Below are positions 51,226-64,000 of a stretch of DNA of 64,000 bases, in pieces. Each line of letters begins with the position of its first letter. The stretch's first letter is position 1. This DNA comes from Selaginella moellendorffii (lineage: Eukaryota > Plantae > Lycopodiophyta): NCBI RefSeq assembly GCF_000143415.4, contig NW_003314274.1:311209-375208 (forward strand). Direction: 5' to 3'. The notes beneath the pieces are model-generated. The model was not told where the DNA came from and made no database searches. It worked only from the letters and a program-made list of their open reading frames with translations. The position numbers and the translations under genes were made by a program.

Positions 51226-54200
51226 TATAGTGCACATGGTTTTTACCCTTTATCCTATGGTGATTTACCATAGGAGAACACCACGAAGCGGAATCTAAAC
51301 CCTCTATGTGCCACATATTATATGGCACATATCCATAGGACAATGGTGTGCAACCCGAGGTTCAAGGCCTTGGACCATTGAACAAAGGAATGGTGCCAAA
51401 GCCCCAAGCATGGAGCCAAGGACTGATGGAACCGGATCACGGAGCAACTCCCGAGCATACAGCCTAAGGAGCGAAGCGACAGGAGCCTAGAGCAACTTGG
51501 AACAATCTTAAAGCAACCAATATCCCAATACCAGGACTAGCATGCAAAACAGAGCCAAACAGAGTTTGGCGCTATTTTAGCATACTGGTGGCCTAATGCA
51601 AGGATATGGGTACTCTACCAATTAGTATGGTATGGAGTTTGGGCTTAAACTCAATCCAGACGCAGAACAAAAATAGGCACGTAAGTGGGAGCTAAACTAT
51701 ACATTAGGTTGGTCGGCCATGCCCAACCTACCCATTATCCCTACTATACATTTGGAACTCCCCCCCTTTGTGGAACATATGCTTTGGGCTTTCACCCCAA
51801 GCCTCCCTTAGTATCAGGAGTTAGTCTCTAGGACAAGCTTGAAACTTACTAAATATGGAATGACACTAAAATGCAAATTTGGACATGGGACGAATACCAT
51901 TGTGTTCAAACCAATCTCTACATTCTGTAGATATGCCAAATGAGAAAATCTAGATACTTTCCATAATTAGCATTAAAGACTAGAATGAGACTAACACAAA
52001 GGGCATGATAGCGAAGGTGTTTGGCAGATACAGTAAGCTATCATCTAGCAATATTGAGGGACTAGTCTCAATACACAAGGTTTCTTGTCAAGCCAGTGCA
52101 AGATAGAGCAAAAAAGAACTTAAAAGCTAGGCCAAGTATGCCTGGCTCAATAGACACTTAGGAATTCCGTCCTTATGCTCATTTGGTTAAGTACAGATGC
52201 AAAGTCTAGTTTACTAACACTTGAACAAGAGGGACTAATAAAAGGTCCAGCAATACTGACCTCCTGCCATTGTGGCAGTAAGGAAAGAGTGTCCATAAGG
52301 ACTAGCCAACAGGTAACTTTCAATACCCAAAGTCACATTTGCAACACTCTCCCCCCCTTAGGGAAGATTGATGTCTTCATTGATGCATACTCCAATCTAG
52401 AATACCACCAAGGAAACAACTCTAGAAAAAGTTTACGATATTCACACTATGTGAGAAATGCACTAACTTAAATAAGTTAGGGTAACCTCTTTGTCTAACA
52501 CGGATGCACTACCCACTTAGACACCTTCTGGCTGTCACCAACAAGGAAATGACCAACGAAGTCAGCCACCCTTGCTACTCTGGGTGTCACCTAACTTACA
52601 AAAGTGTGATACACCCTTGCCCGTAGGGACATAGAGAGAGAAGTCAAAGGCCCCAACCCTCATGAGTAAAGAAACCAAACCTATCGATAAAGTTTATATA
52701 GACTACTATAAACAGGCAGTTAGAGTTGTTTACACGGTCACACCCTTTAATGAAATAAGGAATATCGAAAAAGAGGTGGGTTATGTGACTAGTTGACAGT
52801 AGCTACCCCATAACTAAAGATTTCACCATGCACACGAAGTGCCAAAGCTAATCTGCCTATACTGACCCAAACTCAAAGATCAATAGATGGACAATATTAA
52901 AGTCATAGATAATGATATTTTAGAGACTTAATTATTAGTGAAGAAAGCTTAGTTTGGAACACAAAAGTATTCCAAGTAAGTTATCATCCAATAAACCAGT
53001 ATTAGCGTATAAGAACCACTAAGATCATCATTTTTGGAAATATAGGATTCACCATCCAACAAAATTCAATAGCTAGTGTATCATTAAGATCACTTAATGA
53101 AAAAATTTAACTACCAAAAATTGTAGACAATATGCCAAACAACTTACCAAACATAACTTAAAGAACACAAAGTATCATCAACTGGCAAGCAAAATACTCG
53201 CGAATGTATCACTCGAAGGAAATAACATCCCAATCTATCAAAACTAACTCAAGTGATAATCAACAGAACAGAATGAATACGGTAAAACTAACATACACTC
53301 ATTCATGCCAACTATCACAGAAGCCAAACTAAATAAATATCGGTCAACAATACTGTTAGGGCATGGCCACCAAGAGAGTGAGAGTGAGAGAGGGAATATT
53401 CTAGTCCTCAAAATATTCCCCATCTTCCTTGTATAAAACCCTTGCTTCATGAGGGCAAGGGGGGGCATTTTTGTGAAGAGCACTGAATCATTTCTCATGT
53501 TTGAGCGAGCGTTGGGGGAGGTGCCCTTCCTTCCCCTAACAAATGGTGAACTCGGCGTGACATGCAACACTTTCTGAAGCGTCATTTCTCTCTTTTTCTT
53601 TTAGCTGCAGATTTTGGGAAGGAATTCCTTGTTTTTCTTGTAGCGGTTTTATTTGATCTTGGGCGTGTTGGATAGGTCTAGAGCTCCTCTTTCCAGCAAG
53701 GTATGGTGCTCACTAAACCGTGCAGTATTTGAAGAGATACAACGTTTCTTGGCTCGGTTGGATGAACATTTTGGGGTTTTCCTTTTCTCGCCTGGATCCT
53801 CGGCCCAATTTCTCAAAGTAGTGCATTTGGTCTTGTAGATCTGGTCCAGATCTATGAGTATTGGTGATTCTTAGCACTAGATTTGAGCGAATTGACAACA
53901 TGCAAAAAGATTTTCTTCTCTAGCTAGATTGGTTCATCTTTGTAGCAGGAATTCATACACCTCTGGGCTTTGTTTTGGATGCCGTTTGTTTCTAGAGGTG
54001 CTCCTGGTCCTAGGCTCTCCAGAAATACAAACAGCGCCCCAATATCAATCTGCATCAGTGACATGCACATGTTTTTCCACAATATTGGTGTTCTTGGCTA
54101 CCTCTTCTTGGATTTTGGGGAATATTGAGGTGGCTTCTTCCCAAATTCCTGCGATAGAGGGTAGACGGGGCTGAGCTCCTTCCAACGAGCCTATTTATCC

Positions 54201-57200
54201 CTTTTGGGCTAAACTTTGTTGAAGGTTCCTTGAGAATGAAGCAATCTTCAAGGAACAGATAGACGTAGGAACAAGAACAGGGGGAGCAAGACAAGGGTTG
54301 GCATAGGAATAGGGACAGTAGGAATAGGTGGAGTTGGTGTTGGAGCAGGCACAGGGGTAGGAGTGAGAGCAGGGGGTTACTAGTTACAGGTTACAGGTCC
54401 CTGATTACTGGTTACCAGCTACTCTAGTGGCTACTCTAGGGGCTACTTTGGCAGTTACCCCATAGGTCAATGGTTATGTGTGCTTGAGGCCTACATCTCC
54501 GTTTCCACCCTTATTCCTCTTTGTCATAGGCATTTTGGGCAACTTTGCGCAACTTGAGCACTAGCCTACAGTCTTCTTGCTCCTATCAACCCAATTGCCT
54601 TGACCGGGCATTTGTAGTGTTCAGGGTATTTGTTGCCAGTACAAACTAGACATACAAAAAACTGGCACCCTTTTACCATACCTCGAGGCCCTAAGATCGT
54701 GGCAGTGGCTTCCTTGGACAGGTGATGTAGCATCTTCTCCAATAGCTACAGGTCAAGCATCTGAAGAGCAGCAGCTATTATCTTGAGTGCAATGGCCAAG
54801 CGGAGTCCAGCAACAAGATATTGAAGACAGTCATTTCAAAGCTTGTGGAGGATCACCCAAGGCGTTGGCATGAGCACTTGGTTACGGCGTTGTGGGCCTT
54901 TCAGACGTCTTTCAAGACATCCATCTCTGCAACCCCATTCTCCTTTGTCTATGCAACAGAGGATGTGCTTCCAATGGAGATCCAAGTGCCATCACTCTCA
55001 CTTTCACTTCGATATGCAGCAGCAATGCAGCTTAATGATGAGGACAAGCTTCATGCACGTGACTTGGAGGTTCTTGCCTTGGAAGAACAGTGACGATCCA
55101 CATAAGAACATCTCCTTCGAGGCAGGTAGAAGATCAAGTCAGTCATTGATCACTAGTAGTCTGCCGAACCATTCAAGGATGGCGATCTTGTTCTACTCAA
55201 GGAGTTTATGCCACCTTCGAAGTTCTCCCCTTGCTGGACCAGCCCCTACTTTGTCCAGCGACACATTGAAGGTAGAGCATATGTGCTAGTTGATGCTAAT
55301 GGACATGAGCTCCCACACGCTCACAACCACTCTCATCTCAAATGTTTCATCCGGTGAGGCATTCCTCTTCTCTTCTTTTTCTTTTTCTTTTTCTTCCTTT
55401 CTTTCACTTTACTTTCATGGCTCCTTTTCTTACTTTCAGAGGGTGTTTCTTCATTGGACCATGGCCCATGCCTTGGATTTTGCACTCAAGCTACATTGTT
55501 GTTTGTATGGATGGTCCTCGCTTGGCTCGGTCTATGTTCCAGGTTCTTTGGTCCTTCCCTTACCATTACTACACCCCACATATTCCCTTCACTCATTCCA
55601 TATCATCTACACTCACAGTTCCATCACCACTCACTTCCAGTAGCGTTGCCCACACTTATCTCTAGATGCCTGTCTTACATCTTTCATTCTTTCACAATCA
55701 TTCACATCTCCGCTTGAGGTCACATTTACACCATACCACAGACATACATACATGCACCAGCAGCAAAAGACACCACCTCATTTGGACATGCTGGTTCCGA
55801 GATGTCCTTATGACCATTTGCTGACGATGCACTAGCTTTTTTGGAGCGACTTTCTTCCAACTGGGTGAGCCTGTTCACTCAAGGCACCTAGGTGGATCTT
55901 TAGGCGAGGCCACAAAAGCCAAAGCCACTTTCTTCTGCTTTAGCACTCAGTGGACACATGCCACCCCCCTTTACTGGCAACCCAGCAACCACGCCGTCCT
56001 TTTCAGCTGCTGACTTCTTCAGTCCGACACATTAGAATAGCCACCTTCTCAGCATGCCACCACCATCTCAACGCTCCACCATATTACTCCACCATATCGG
56101 TGCTGGAGCTAGCACAGGGGTAAGAGTGAGAGTAGGTGGTTACCGGTTATAGGTACTTAGTTATTGGTTACCGGTTACAAGCTACTCTGAGTGGTCAGCG
56201 CTTACTCTATGGGCCAATGGTTATCAATGGCTACCTTTTTAGAGTGCCATCACCATCTCGATGCTCCACCATATCACTCCATCTTTCATCATTCCCACAC
56301 TTACCACCCTTGGGCAACGCATCCCCTCTTCTACCTTTTATTCTTTCTAGAATTTGGCCAATCCTTGGAGCATACTGGAAGTCATCAAGAGGCTGCATTT
56401 GCATATTACACTTTCCTGAGCTGAAATTCGGATATGGGTTAAGTTCTTTGGGTACTCACTTTTTTTCCCCCTATTTCTCTTCTTTCTTTTCACACATTTT
56501 TTGCACTTTTTCTTCAACTTCAGAGTCCAATTTAACTATAGGGTTTCCCACCGGGTTTTCCTCCATGTCTCCAAACTTCACACCTACCTCTTTTCTTTTT
56601 TTTTTCCACTTTGTTTTTTAGAGTTTCTACTATTTCACTCAGCTACCAACATTTAGCAATAGTAGCAGAAGTACATTCTACACTCTTCGGAGGTTCTCGC
56701 GCATTGGGAGCCAGGGCAATCCACCATGGTCGCATGTTAGGGCATGGCCATTGAGAGAGTGAGAGTGAGAGAGGGAATATTCTAGTCCTCAAAATATTCC
56801 CCATCTTTCTTGTATAAAACTCTTGCGTCACAAGGGCAAGAGGGGGCATTTTTGTGAAAAACATTCAAGCATTTTTCATGTTTGAGTGAGCGTTGGGGGA
56901 AGCACTCCTCCTTCCCCCAACAATACAAAGGAACTTAAGTTCTTTAAGTAAATGTTAGCAACATCCTACTGATGTCTCAAACCCAAGAGACCAATTTAAA
57001 GCAAACCACAAAAAACATATGGTATTGCAAAAAACCATAATCTATCAAAGAGAATAATTAACCATCATAAAAGATTATTAATCATCCCATCAATAGAGAG
57101 ATGCATAATCATCATCGAAGAAAGAATCCACCATCCTAAAGAATGGCAAATCATTTTAGATCAATAATAATCAAGCAAAACCTCTAACAAGGATAATCAA

Positions 57201-60200
57201 TTATCCTAGATGATAGTCAATCATCACTAATGATTGCTAGATGCAAATACTAAATTCAACATTGAAGCTAATGAGTTAAACTATCTTCCTCAACAACTTT
57301 TAACAAATGGAATAATGAGTATGAAAACTCAAGGAACCAAAAGCTCGAAGAAGGATATAATTAAGTCTTGCCTAACAATGATCACAAGTTTGGCATGAAC
57401 TAACTTCAATGCTAAAGAAGAAATTATGGCACAACCCACAATATACTTCTCAACACATCCATAAGCCAAACTTTATAATGCCAAAGTTAATCAAGAGCAT
57501 GTCTACATCTATCCAAAAGTTAAGCACAATGGAGTTATGCTCAATAAGTAATCACCGAAAAATCCTCCATGAATCCATTTATAGCAAGATATAACTCACT
57601 AAATAATAAGCACAAGAAAAATCATCAATGATTAATATATCAACTCAAATCTAACAAGGATTGAAACATTCCAATGTCAATCACTAACTCTTCTTCTCAT
57701 AGAGTTAGCATAATCCACGACTAAATCACTTTTCAAGAAAAAGCTTAAAGCTCAATCCCTACTAAACAATCTCGTCTAGAACACAATTAACTCAAACTTA
57801 CAACTCAGCTCGTTTAAATGTCAGTACAATTGTTAACTAGCAAATACATGAATGCTAACAATACGAAGCTAAAGCCAAATCATTAACACTATCTTTATCA
57901 AGACTAATGAAACTCAATATCAATCTTACGGAAAGACATCTCATTTCACTCAAATCTCAACATCAATATTGTCAATGACAAGATATCACTTTAATGTCAT
58001 CAACACTATAACAAAGTTAATAGAAAGCAAGAATGAATCACCACTCAAAACTCTCTAGCAACTAAACAAACCAAAGTCAAAGATACTTTAGTCAGTATCC
58101 AAGACCAATCATTTAACAATACTCAGCTACAGATAACACATCATTAAGGAGTGATTTACCACATCCAAGACTCAATATAATCCAACACTACAAACTAAAC
58201 ATAACCAAATAACATTGACAAAAATAGAATCAATATGCTAACATGGAAAAACCATGTAAGTCTAACAACACAATCCTTTGCAACACCATCCGGTAAAGCA
58301 AGCCCATCACTACTAAATCATCATCGAGTGAAGCAAATGTTAAACAGTCCTTGACAAAGTCTACAAGTAATCACTAGTTGCCAAGCAACCAACAATCACT
58401 CTTTCAACTTGCCTTCATAAGGCCCAAACACCAACTATTGTCATCCAGTCATATACTTGTCCAATATGAATGTAATACCCCAAATATGAGATATTGACTC
58501 ATGAACAAGCACGAACTAAATGACCACTCGAATCCAACTCAACCACAATAAGCCCACTAATGCGTTTAGTCAATAGCTCTATATATGCCTTGAAAAAGCT
58601 AGTTATACATAATCAACACTCAGTCGAAACTAAAGTGAAGACCATGAGATGGACTTATATCGGTACACAACCTCCTCATAGACAAAACTATAGTATGGAT
58701 ACCAACAACTCAACCTCAAACAACTAAGTTGGACATCACCATCTTCAACCAAGACACAGGGCCACCAAAACTAAATCAAGATCAATGAGAGCTCACTACT
58801 CTCATAGAGTCTAATGAAATGCAAGGTGCAACCTGCCACCAAGCATAATGTTAAAAGAAAGGCATAAGGGTCACATTTCTAGAAAAGTGCAACGACCACT
58901 TTTCTACACTAACTCCAGACTCTATCCAACTCAATTGCCTTAGCCCCAAAAAGTTAGCATCCTCTTTTGGGTTGTATCATATAAACTATTTATTAAGGTT
59001 TAAACTTGAAGTCAACTCTAACCCCTTCACTAGTTTGTACTGGCTTACAAAAACGGAATGGTTTTCAAGCAAAGTGACTGACAGATCAGCCATTGAAAAA
59101 GCCTAAGAAAATTTGTGAAAAATTTTCCATCCTAGAGAAAGAATGACTCTCAATCTAGAAATGCAAACTTTCAGAATGACTCTCTGTCTAAAAATACAAA
59201 CTTTCAAGACTCAACTAACTTCCTCCTACCAACAACTTCACATATATTCACCTCAACAAAAATTTTTAAGAGCCATAGTATGTTTTAGCATCGAAAATCT
59301 TGCCCATATTTCCAACATCTAACACCAACATCTGTAAAATGCAAAATGAACATCCAAGGCTTAATCACGAAGACCACATCTTCAAATATTCACATTGCAC
59401 TAACACTCTTCTTCAACCACCTTCAAGATCCAATATGAGGTGAAAACACTAACAAGAAAAATGACATGGAAAATCAAGCTCTAAGGAAAATTCCTTATCA
59501 CTCGAACAACAATGCTATTTCCACTAACACAAGTGCTAGCGATTTCAATGCCTCAATTACACATCTTCTCCATTCAACAATCTACTCCAAGTGCTAACGG
59601 ATCAACTGATGAGCTATAGCAAGTGAATGTTATAACCCTTTCCAACACTAAATAGGCAAACCCTCAAGGAAACAAGATACCAACTTAAGTTTAGAATAAT
59701 GGATCACCATTGAGAATCTAGTTAAAGCTACTACAATGCTATTATGTGCAAGTAGGCTAGCTTCACCATCAACCACTTTGGGGTTGATTATCATTTAACA
59801 AGCAACTTCATAAATGCAATACTCACTATCACATGGATATGATATAGAAATCACAATAACTTGATCATCAATTGAGCAACACTATGAGTAACACCCTGTC
59901 ATTACTACAAAGGTTTACGTAAGTATCAAGTGCTAACTCGATTCGATAAAATGCAACATAAATACCACACCCCACCAATAGAGATTTACAACACCGAAAA
60001 CCACTAACTTTTGTTCATAATACAGACAAGCTCATGTCACTCTCTTTCCGACCAAACTCAAAACTAATCTAACACTAAGCTACTCAAGGAGCAATAGCAA
60101 AGTTCCCCAGAAAAGAATTGAACATTGTAACCCAAGTCTTTTAATAATAAGCCTAGACAAAATAGTTTAGCACTTGACCACTATCCATCTCACAACTCAC

Positions 60201-62070
60201 CATTTGTAAGACCATCATTTCCAATATGCATCAAGATAGGGACTCTTGATTGCATAATGTGAACACGGGCAATGAGTCACACCTCGTTGCGAATCATCTC
60301 TCCAAGAAGAGAAAATGAGTTATGTATTTGATCCTTTGTCCCTGATAACTCTCTTTTCGGTCCTAACTTTGACTTAACCTCAAGCTTGCTTTTGCACTGC
60401 TTTTAGTCTAATCCAAGAAAAGTTTATGAGAGCAATGATTATTTGAATCAATAAACTCATCCCTACAGTCTTGATTGACTCACTTATAATCATGCTTAGG
60501 AAGGATCCACTAATGCAGTGCTAAATAGCTACGGACTAGCCTATTTGCCACTCATAGTAAACCCAAGGAAGGTTTACTTTCACCCATGGTACAAGGAACA
60601 ACTCATGGAACCACCAATAGGCTAATATTAATCCTGCCAACTCAAAATATAACCTTGAGTTGCTAATTTACCTCACTCACAAGCCCAAGTGCAAACTTAT
60701 GCAAAGGGAACAACTCAGTCCACCTTATGAGCCCAAGAGCAAGCTCACATAATATGGAACAAGAAGGTAACCAAATCTATACCCAAGGAACTATTGCGAA
60801 GCCTTTGTATCCAAATATGTACTCACTTGGACCATCGTTTTCATCTTTGCATATGCAACAAGATTAATTGCCCAATCTCATTGGATAGTACTTGCCGAGA
60901 CTCATCCTCTGATACTAAATGTTGCGCATGTGGTTTTTACCCTTTATCCTATGGTGATTTACCATAGGATAACACCACGAACTGGAATCTAAACCCTCTA
61001 TGTGCCATGTGTCATATGCCACATGTCACATGCCACGTGTCCATAGGACAGTGGTGTGGAACCCAAGATTCAGAGCCTTGGGCCACTGAACGAAAGAATG
61101 GTGCTAAACCCCAAGCATGGAGCCAAGGAGTGATGGAACCGGATCACGAAGAAACTCCCGAGTATACAGCCTAGGGAGCAAAAAGACAGGAGCCCAAAAG
61201 CACTTGGAACAGTCCTAGAGCAACTAGCATGCATCCCAAATGCAGGACTAGCAAACCAAATGGAGCCAATAGAGTCTTGCGCTATTTCAGCATAAAGGTG
61301 GCCTAAGGCAAGGATATAGGTACCCCACCAACTAGCATAGTATGGAGCTTGGGCTTAGACCCAAGCCGGACATAGAACAAGGACAGGCATGCAAATGAGA
61401 ACTAAACTATGCCTCAGGTTGGTCAACCATACCCAACGTATCCACTATCCCTACTATACATGGGGAACCCCCCACAGCCCCCCCCCCCCCCCCTTAAGGA
61501 ACACACACTTTGGGCTTTCACTCCAATCCTCCCTTAGTATTAGAAGTTAGTCTTTGGCACAAGCTCAAAACTTACTAAATATGGAATGACGCTAAAATGC
61601 AAATTTGGACATGGGACAAATACTATTGTGTTTAGGCCAATTTTTACAATCTGTAGATATGCCAAATGAGCAAATCTAGATACTTTCCATAATTAGCATT
61701 AAGGACCAGAATGAGACTAACACAAAGGGCATGATAGTGAAGGTGTTTAGCAGATACAATAAGCTATCATCTAGCGATATTGAGGGACCAATTTCAATAC
61801 GCAAGGGTTCTTGTCAAGCCAGTGCAAGACAAAGCAAAAGACAATTAAAAAGCTAGGCTAAGTATGCTTGGCTCAATAAATATTTAGGAATTCCATCTTT
61901 ATACTCAAATACAAGTACAAATACAAAGTCTAGTTTACTAACACTTGAACAAGAGGGACTAATAAAGGGTCCAACAATACTGACCTCCTGCCATTGTGGC
62001 AGTAAGGAAAGAGTGTTTGTAAGAACTGGCCAACAGGTAACTTTCGATACTCGATGTTACATTTGTGACA
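51226..62070 (-). mobile_element. Family F non-autonomous LTR element: LTRs 51226-52346 and 60920-62070, TSD CTTAT
   Basis: cttat at 51221-51225 and 62071-62075; Met PBS rc ctctgatacta at 60907-60917; PPT rc ctctccccccc at 52347; interior has no recognisable ORF. Confidence 0.9.
53354..56922 (+). mobile_element. Family B copy B3, internally deleted (3.6 kb): LTRs 53354-53541 and 56735-56922, 4-bp TSD ATAC
   Basis: Trp PBS tggtgaactcggcgtga at 53544. The junction at ~54695 skips the B2-equivalent 20878-26250; the integrase 3' part remains. Confidence 0.9.
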
Positions 62071-62116
62071 CTTATTAACACAGGTGCTTCAAATAATTTT
62101 GTGGTTGCAAACATAG

Positions 62117-62208
62117 TGTTGGGGGAAGGAGGGGCACTTCCCCCAACGCTCGCTCAAACACGAGAAATGCTTCAATACTCTTCACAAAAATGCCCCCCCT
62201 TGCCCTTA
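62117..62208 (-). mobile_element. Distal half of the B2 3' LTR, displaced by an inversion
   Basis: Complements 28289-28384 to make one whole LTR; flanked by ATAG. Confidence 0.8.
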
Positions 62209-62979
62209 AGGAAGTAAGACTTGTTCTAATTTGGATACTTCATTAGAACATAACTAATCAAATGAGTAAGCTTTTCAATATAATCCCCGAGCATTATTTT
62301 CCATTGTTGAAAATGTCAAAATTCTATGTGAGTATTCTCCACATTATAATGAAGAGCAAAACATAAATGAAAAGAAGCCTTAAACTCATCTATGGTAGAC
62401 ACTGGTGGTTTCCTATCCAGAACACAAAACTCCTCAAGTTAATTCCACCACTGAAGACTCACATCCCATAAAACCTTTGGAATAGCCACTTAAGTAAAGC
62501 TTTTCTTGCCTATACTTGTGTTCTTGCCTTTACTTGCAAAATAGTGACAAACAAACAGAGATAAAAATGTAAGGAAAAGAAGAAAAAGATGAAGAAGAAT
62601 GAAGAGAGTAGAAGAGAACTCAACCTTAAACCCATTAAAGGTGTGAATAAGGATAAATGTATGTCACTTTCTCAACTCTATTTTGCACAAACAATCATAG
62701 GTAGGAGAAAAAATGGTTAATTCAATGCAAATGCATACAATAATGAGTGGGGGTTGTTTTTTAGCATGTCTAAGTGCTACATATATACTACATGATTTTA
62801 TAACTATTTTTAACTGTTTCATATTTATCTATAATGAGTATTGCCTAGGTTGGGTCTTTTTTCTTTGGATGTCTAAATTTAGGCATAACTCCATTTCATC
62901 TAAGTTTTCTTCTTTTACTCTGCTTAGGATGATACATAAGATAAAATATTTACCTCTTCATCACCACTAAATCCTCTAC

Positions 62980-63540
62980 ATCTAGAGTTCCTTTAGCAAC
63001 CAAAAGCTTCTTACATTGGCTAGCTAAGTTAGACACTCATTCACACCACCATCACCGAAAAAGGTTGAAATCTTGAGTCGATCTACCAAGGAAGGCTTAC
63101 TTGGAGCACCACCACATTCAGCCTCGAATGCCTCAACACGCTCACACATGGTATCCATCATGCCATGCATCTCATCTTGCATCTCTTACTAATTTGATTA
63201 AGGGCTCGCATCTCATAAACAACATTTTGAATGGTCCAAACTTCCACAACTCTGTTGACACCATCATTGGCACCACCATCAACAATAGAGTTCCAACATT
63301 CATTTTGGTCAGCCATTGCAACCAACTCCTCTGATACCAATGTTATAATCCAGCGCAAAAAGACAAAGATCTAATCTCCTTAAACTATACTACACCACCT
63401 TTTAAGGTTCTTTACCATTGAACCACCCCCGAACTACCTTAAAAGCTTGTGAGCCTTAGAGTAAGTTAAGTTCTTTACCCTAACATGCCTTAATATACCC
63501 TTGAGCTTCCCTTTTACTGATGTTGACCATGTGGTCAAAG
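62980..63540 (-). mobile_element. Fragment of another gypsy element: gag N-terminal remnant, Met PBS (~63329-63339), LTR from 63341
   Basis: ctctgatacca followed by TG; DRLKISTFFGDGG gag-like motif on the minus strand. The extent is uncertain. Confidence 0.45.
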
Positions 63541-63554
63541 CTAGCACCTAACAA

Positions 63555-64000
63555 CCCTCAAGTAAAGGACTTCCTAGAATGGGGAAGTGGAGTTTGCACA
63601 ATACATGTAATGCAAAGTATTAAAGACACTAAGGAAATTGACTTGAGAAATCAATATTAAAATTCCAAAGTATGATAATTATGTTGATAGTGGCTAAGAC
63701 TAGTCTAAAATGAATGAAATAAAGAATATGTCTTTAATAGGTTTAGCAAGAACTAAATGAACAAAGGGAGAGAACCATAACATGTGATCAACTTGGAGAA
63801 ACTATGCTCCTTAAAGGATGGGCAAGACATGGTGAGCTTTCAGTGTTAAACCATTGATAAATATTGGCTTTATACTAAGGATGAAAATGATAACCTATAA
63901 TAGGTTATTTTATGATTTATTGTTCAATGAGGACATCAAACTTCATCTATGGGTGGTGAAGTTATGAGACATAAATCCCTAATCCCCAAAGTAAGGAATC
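63555..64000 (+). mobile_element. 3' end of a family A element (probably A3): internal end, PPT, start of 3' LTR at 63963
   Basis: Reverse complement of A2 ~45010-45480; gggtggtgaagt PPT is followed by tatgagacat. Confidence 0.8.

Larger units (their letters stand above)
41362..62116 (+). mobile_element. Chromovirus 5' half (E): 5' LTR 41362-~42528, Met PBS 42533-42544, gag (42670-43394 and 50736-51140) and protease start; hosts A2 and F
   Basis: tggtatcggagc PBS; gag KPPPVFKGVNDY...; CFNCSEAEHFSKEC knuckle. The protease FVKIL|INTGASNNFV is split by F. Confidence 0.85.

Noticed and set aside
56923-60900. Possible host gene or coding region
   Set aside because: It lies between the paired F LTRs, has no long ORF, and shows no protein motif I could recognise.

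Overview
This is eukaryotic, almost certainly land-plant, heterochromatin-type DNA. I see no intact host gene. Nearly all of the window is nested, decayed transposable elements. At least five Ty3/gypsy-related LTR families can be resolved from LTR pairs, PBS/PPT and target-site duplications (TSDs). A and F are non-autonomous with a Met PBS. B is Tat-like with an extra RNase H before RT, a Trp PBS and 188-bp LTRs. C is a 10.6-kb non-chromovirus with an Arg PBS and extra 3' ORFs. D and E are two halves of one chromovirus. The standout is a 5.7-kb Mutator-like DNA transposon (5543-11281, 9-bp TSD CATATGCTC, imperfect TIRs). It carries a truncated SWIM-finger transposase gene. Divergent from that is an intron-rich gene for a ParB/Srx-like domain (IIDGNHR) fused to a bacterial-type beta-class N4/N6 DNA methyltransferase domain, with six tandem GGTTC-N6-GAACC hairpins in its first intron. 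Other notable signals: a ~34-kb inversion that splits three nested elements onto opposite strands; a tRNA-Arg 3'-end sequence where family B should have its PPT; an in-frame integrase fusion to a plant-mobile-like domain in C; and conserved tandem tRNA T-arm hairpins in A and D. A seed-free host such as a lycophyte is suggested by the PROT-aRH-RT order and ~50-nt introns, but that is inference only. All alignments and translations were done by eye.
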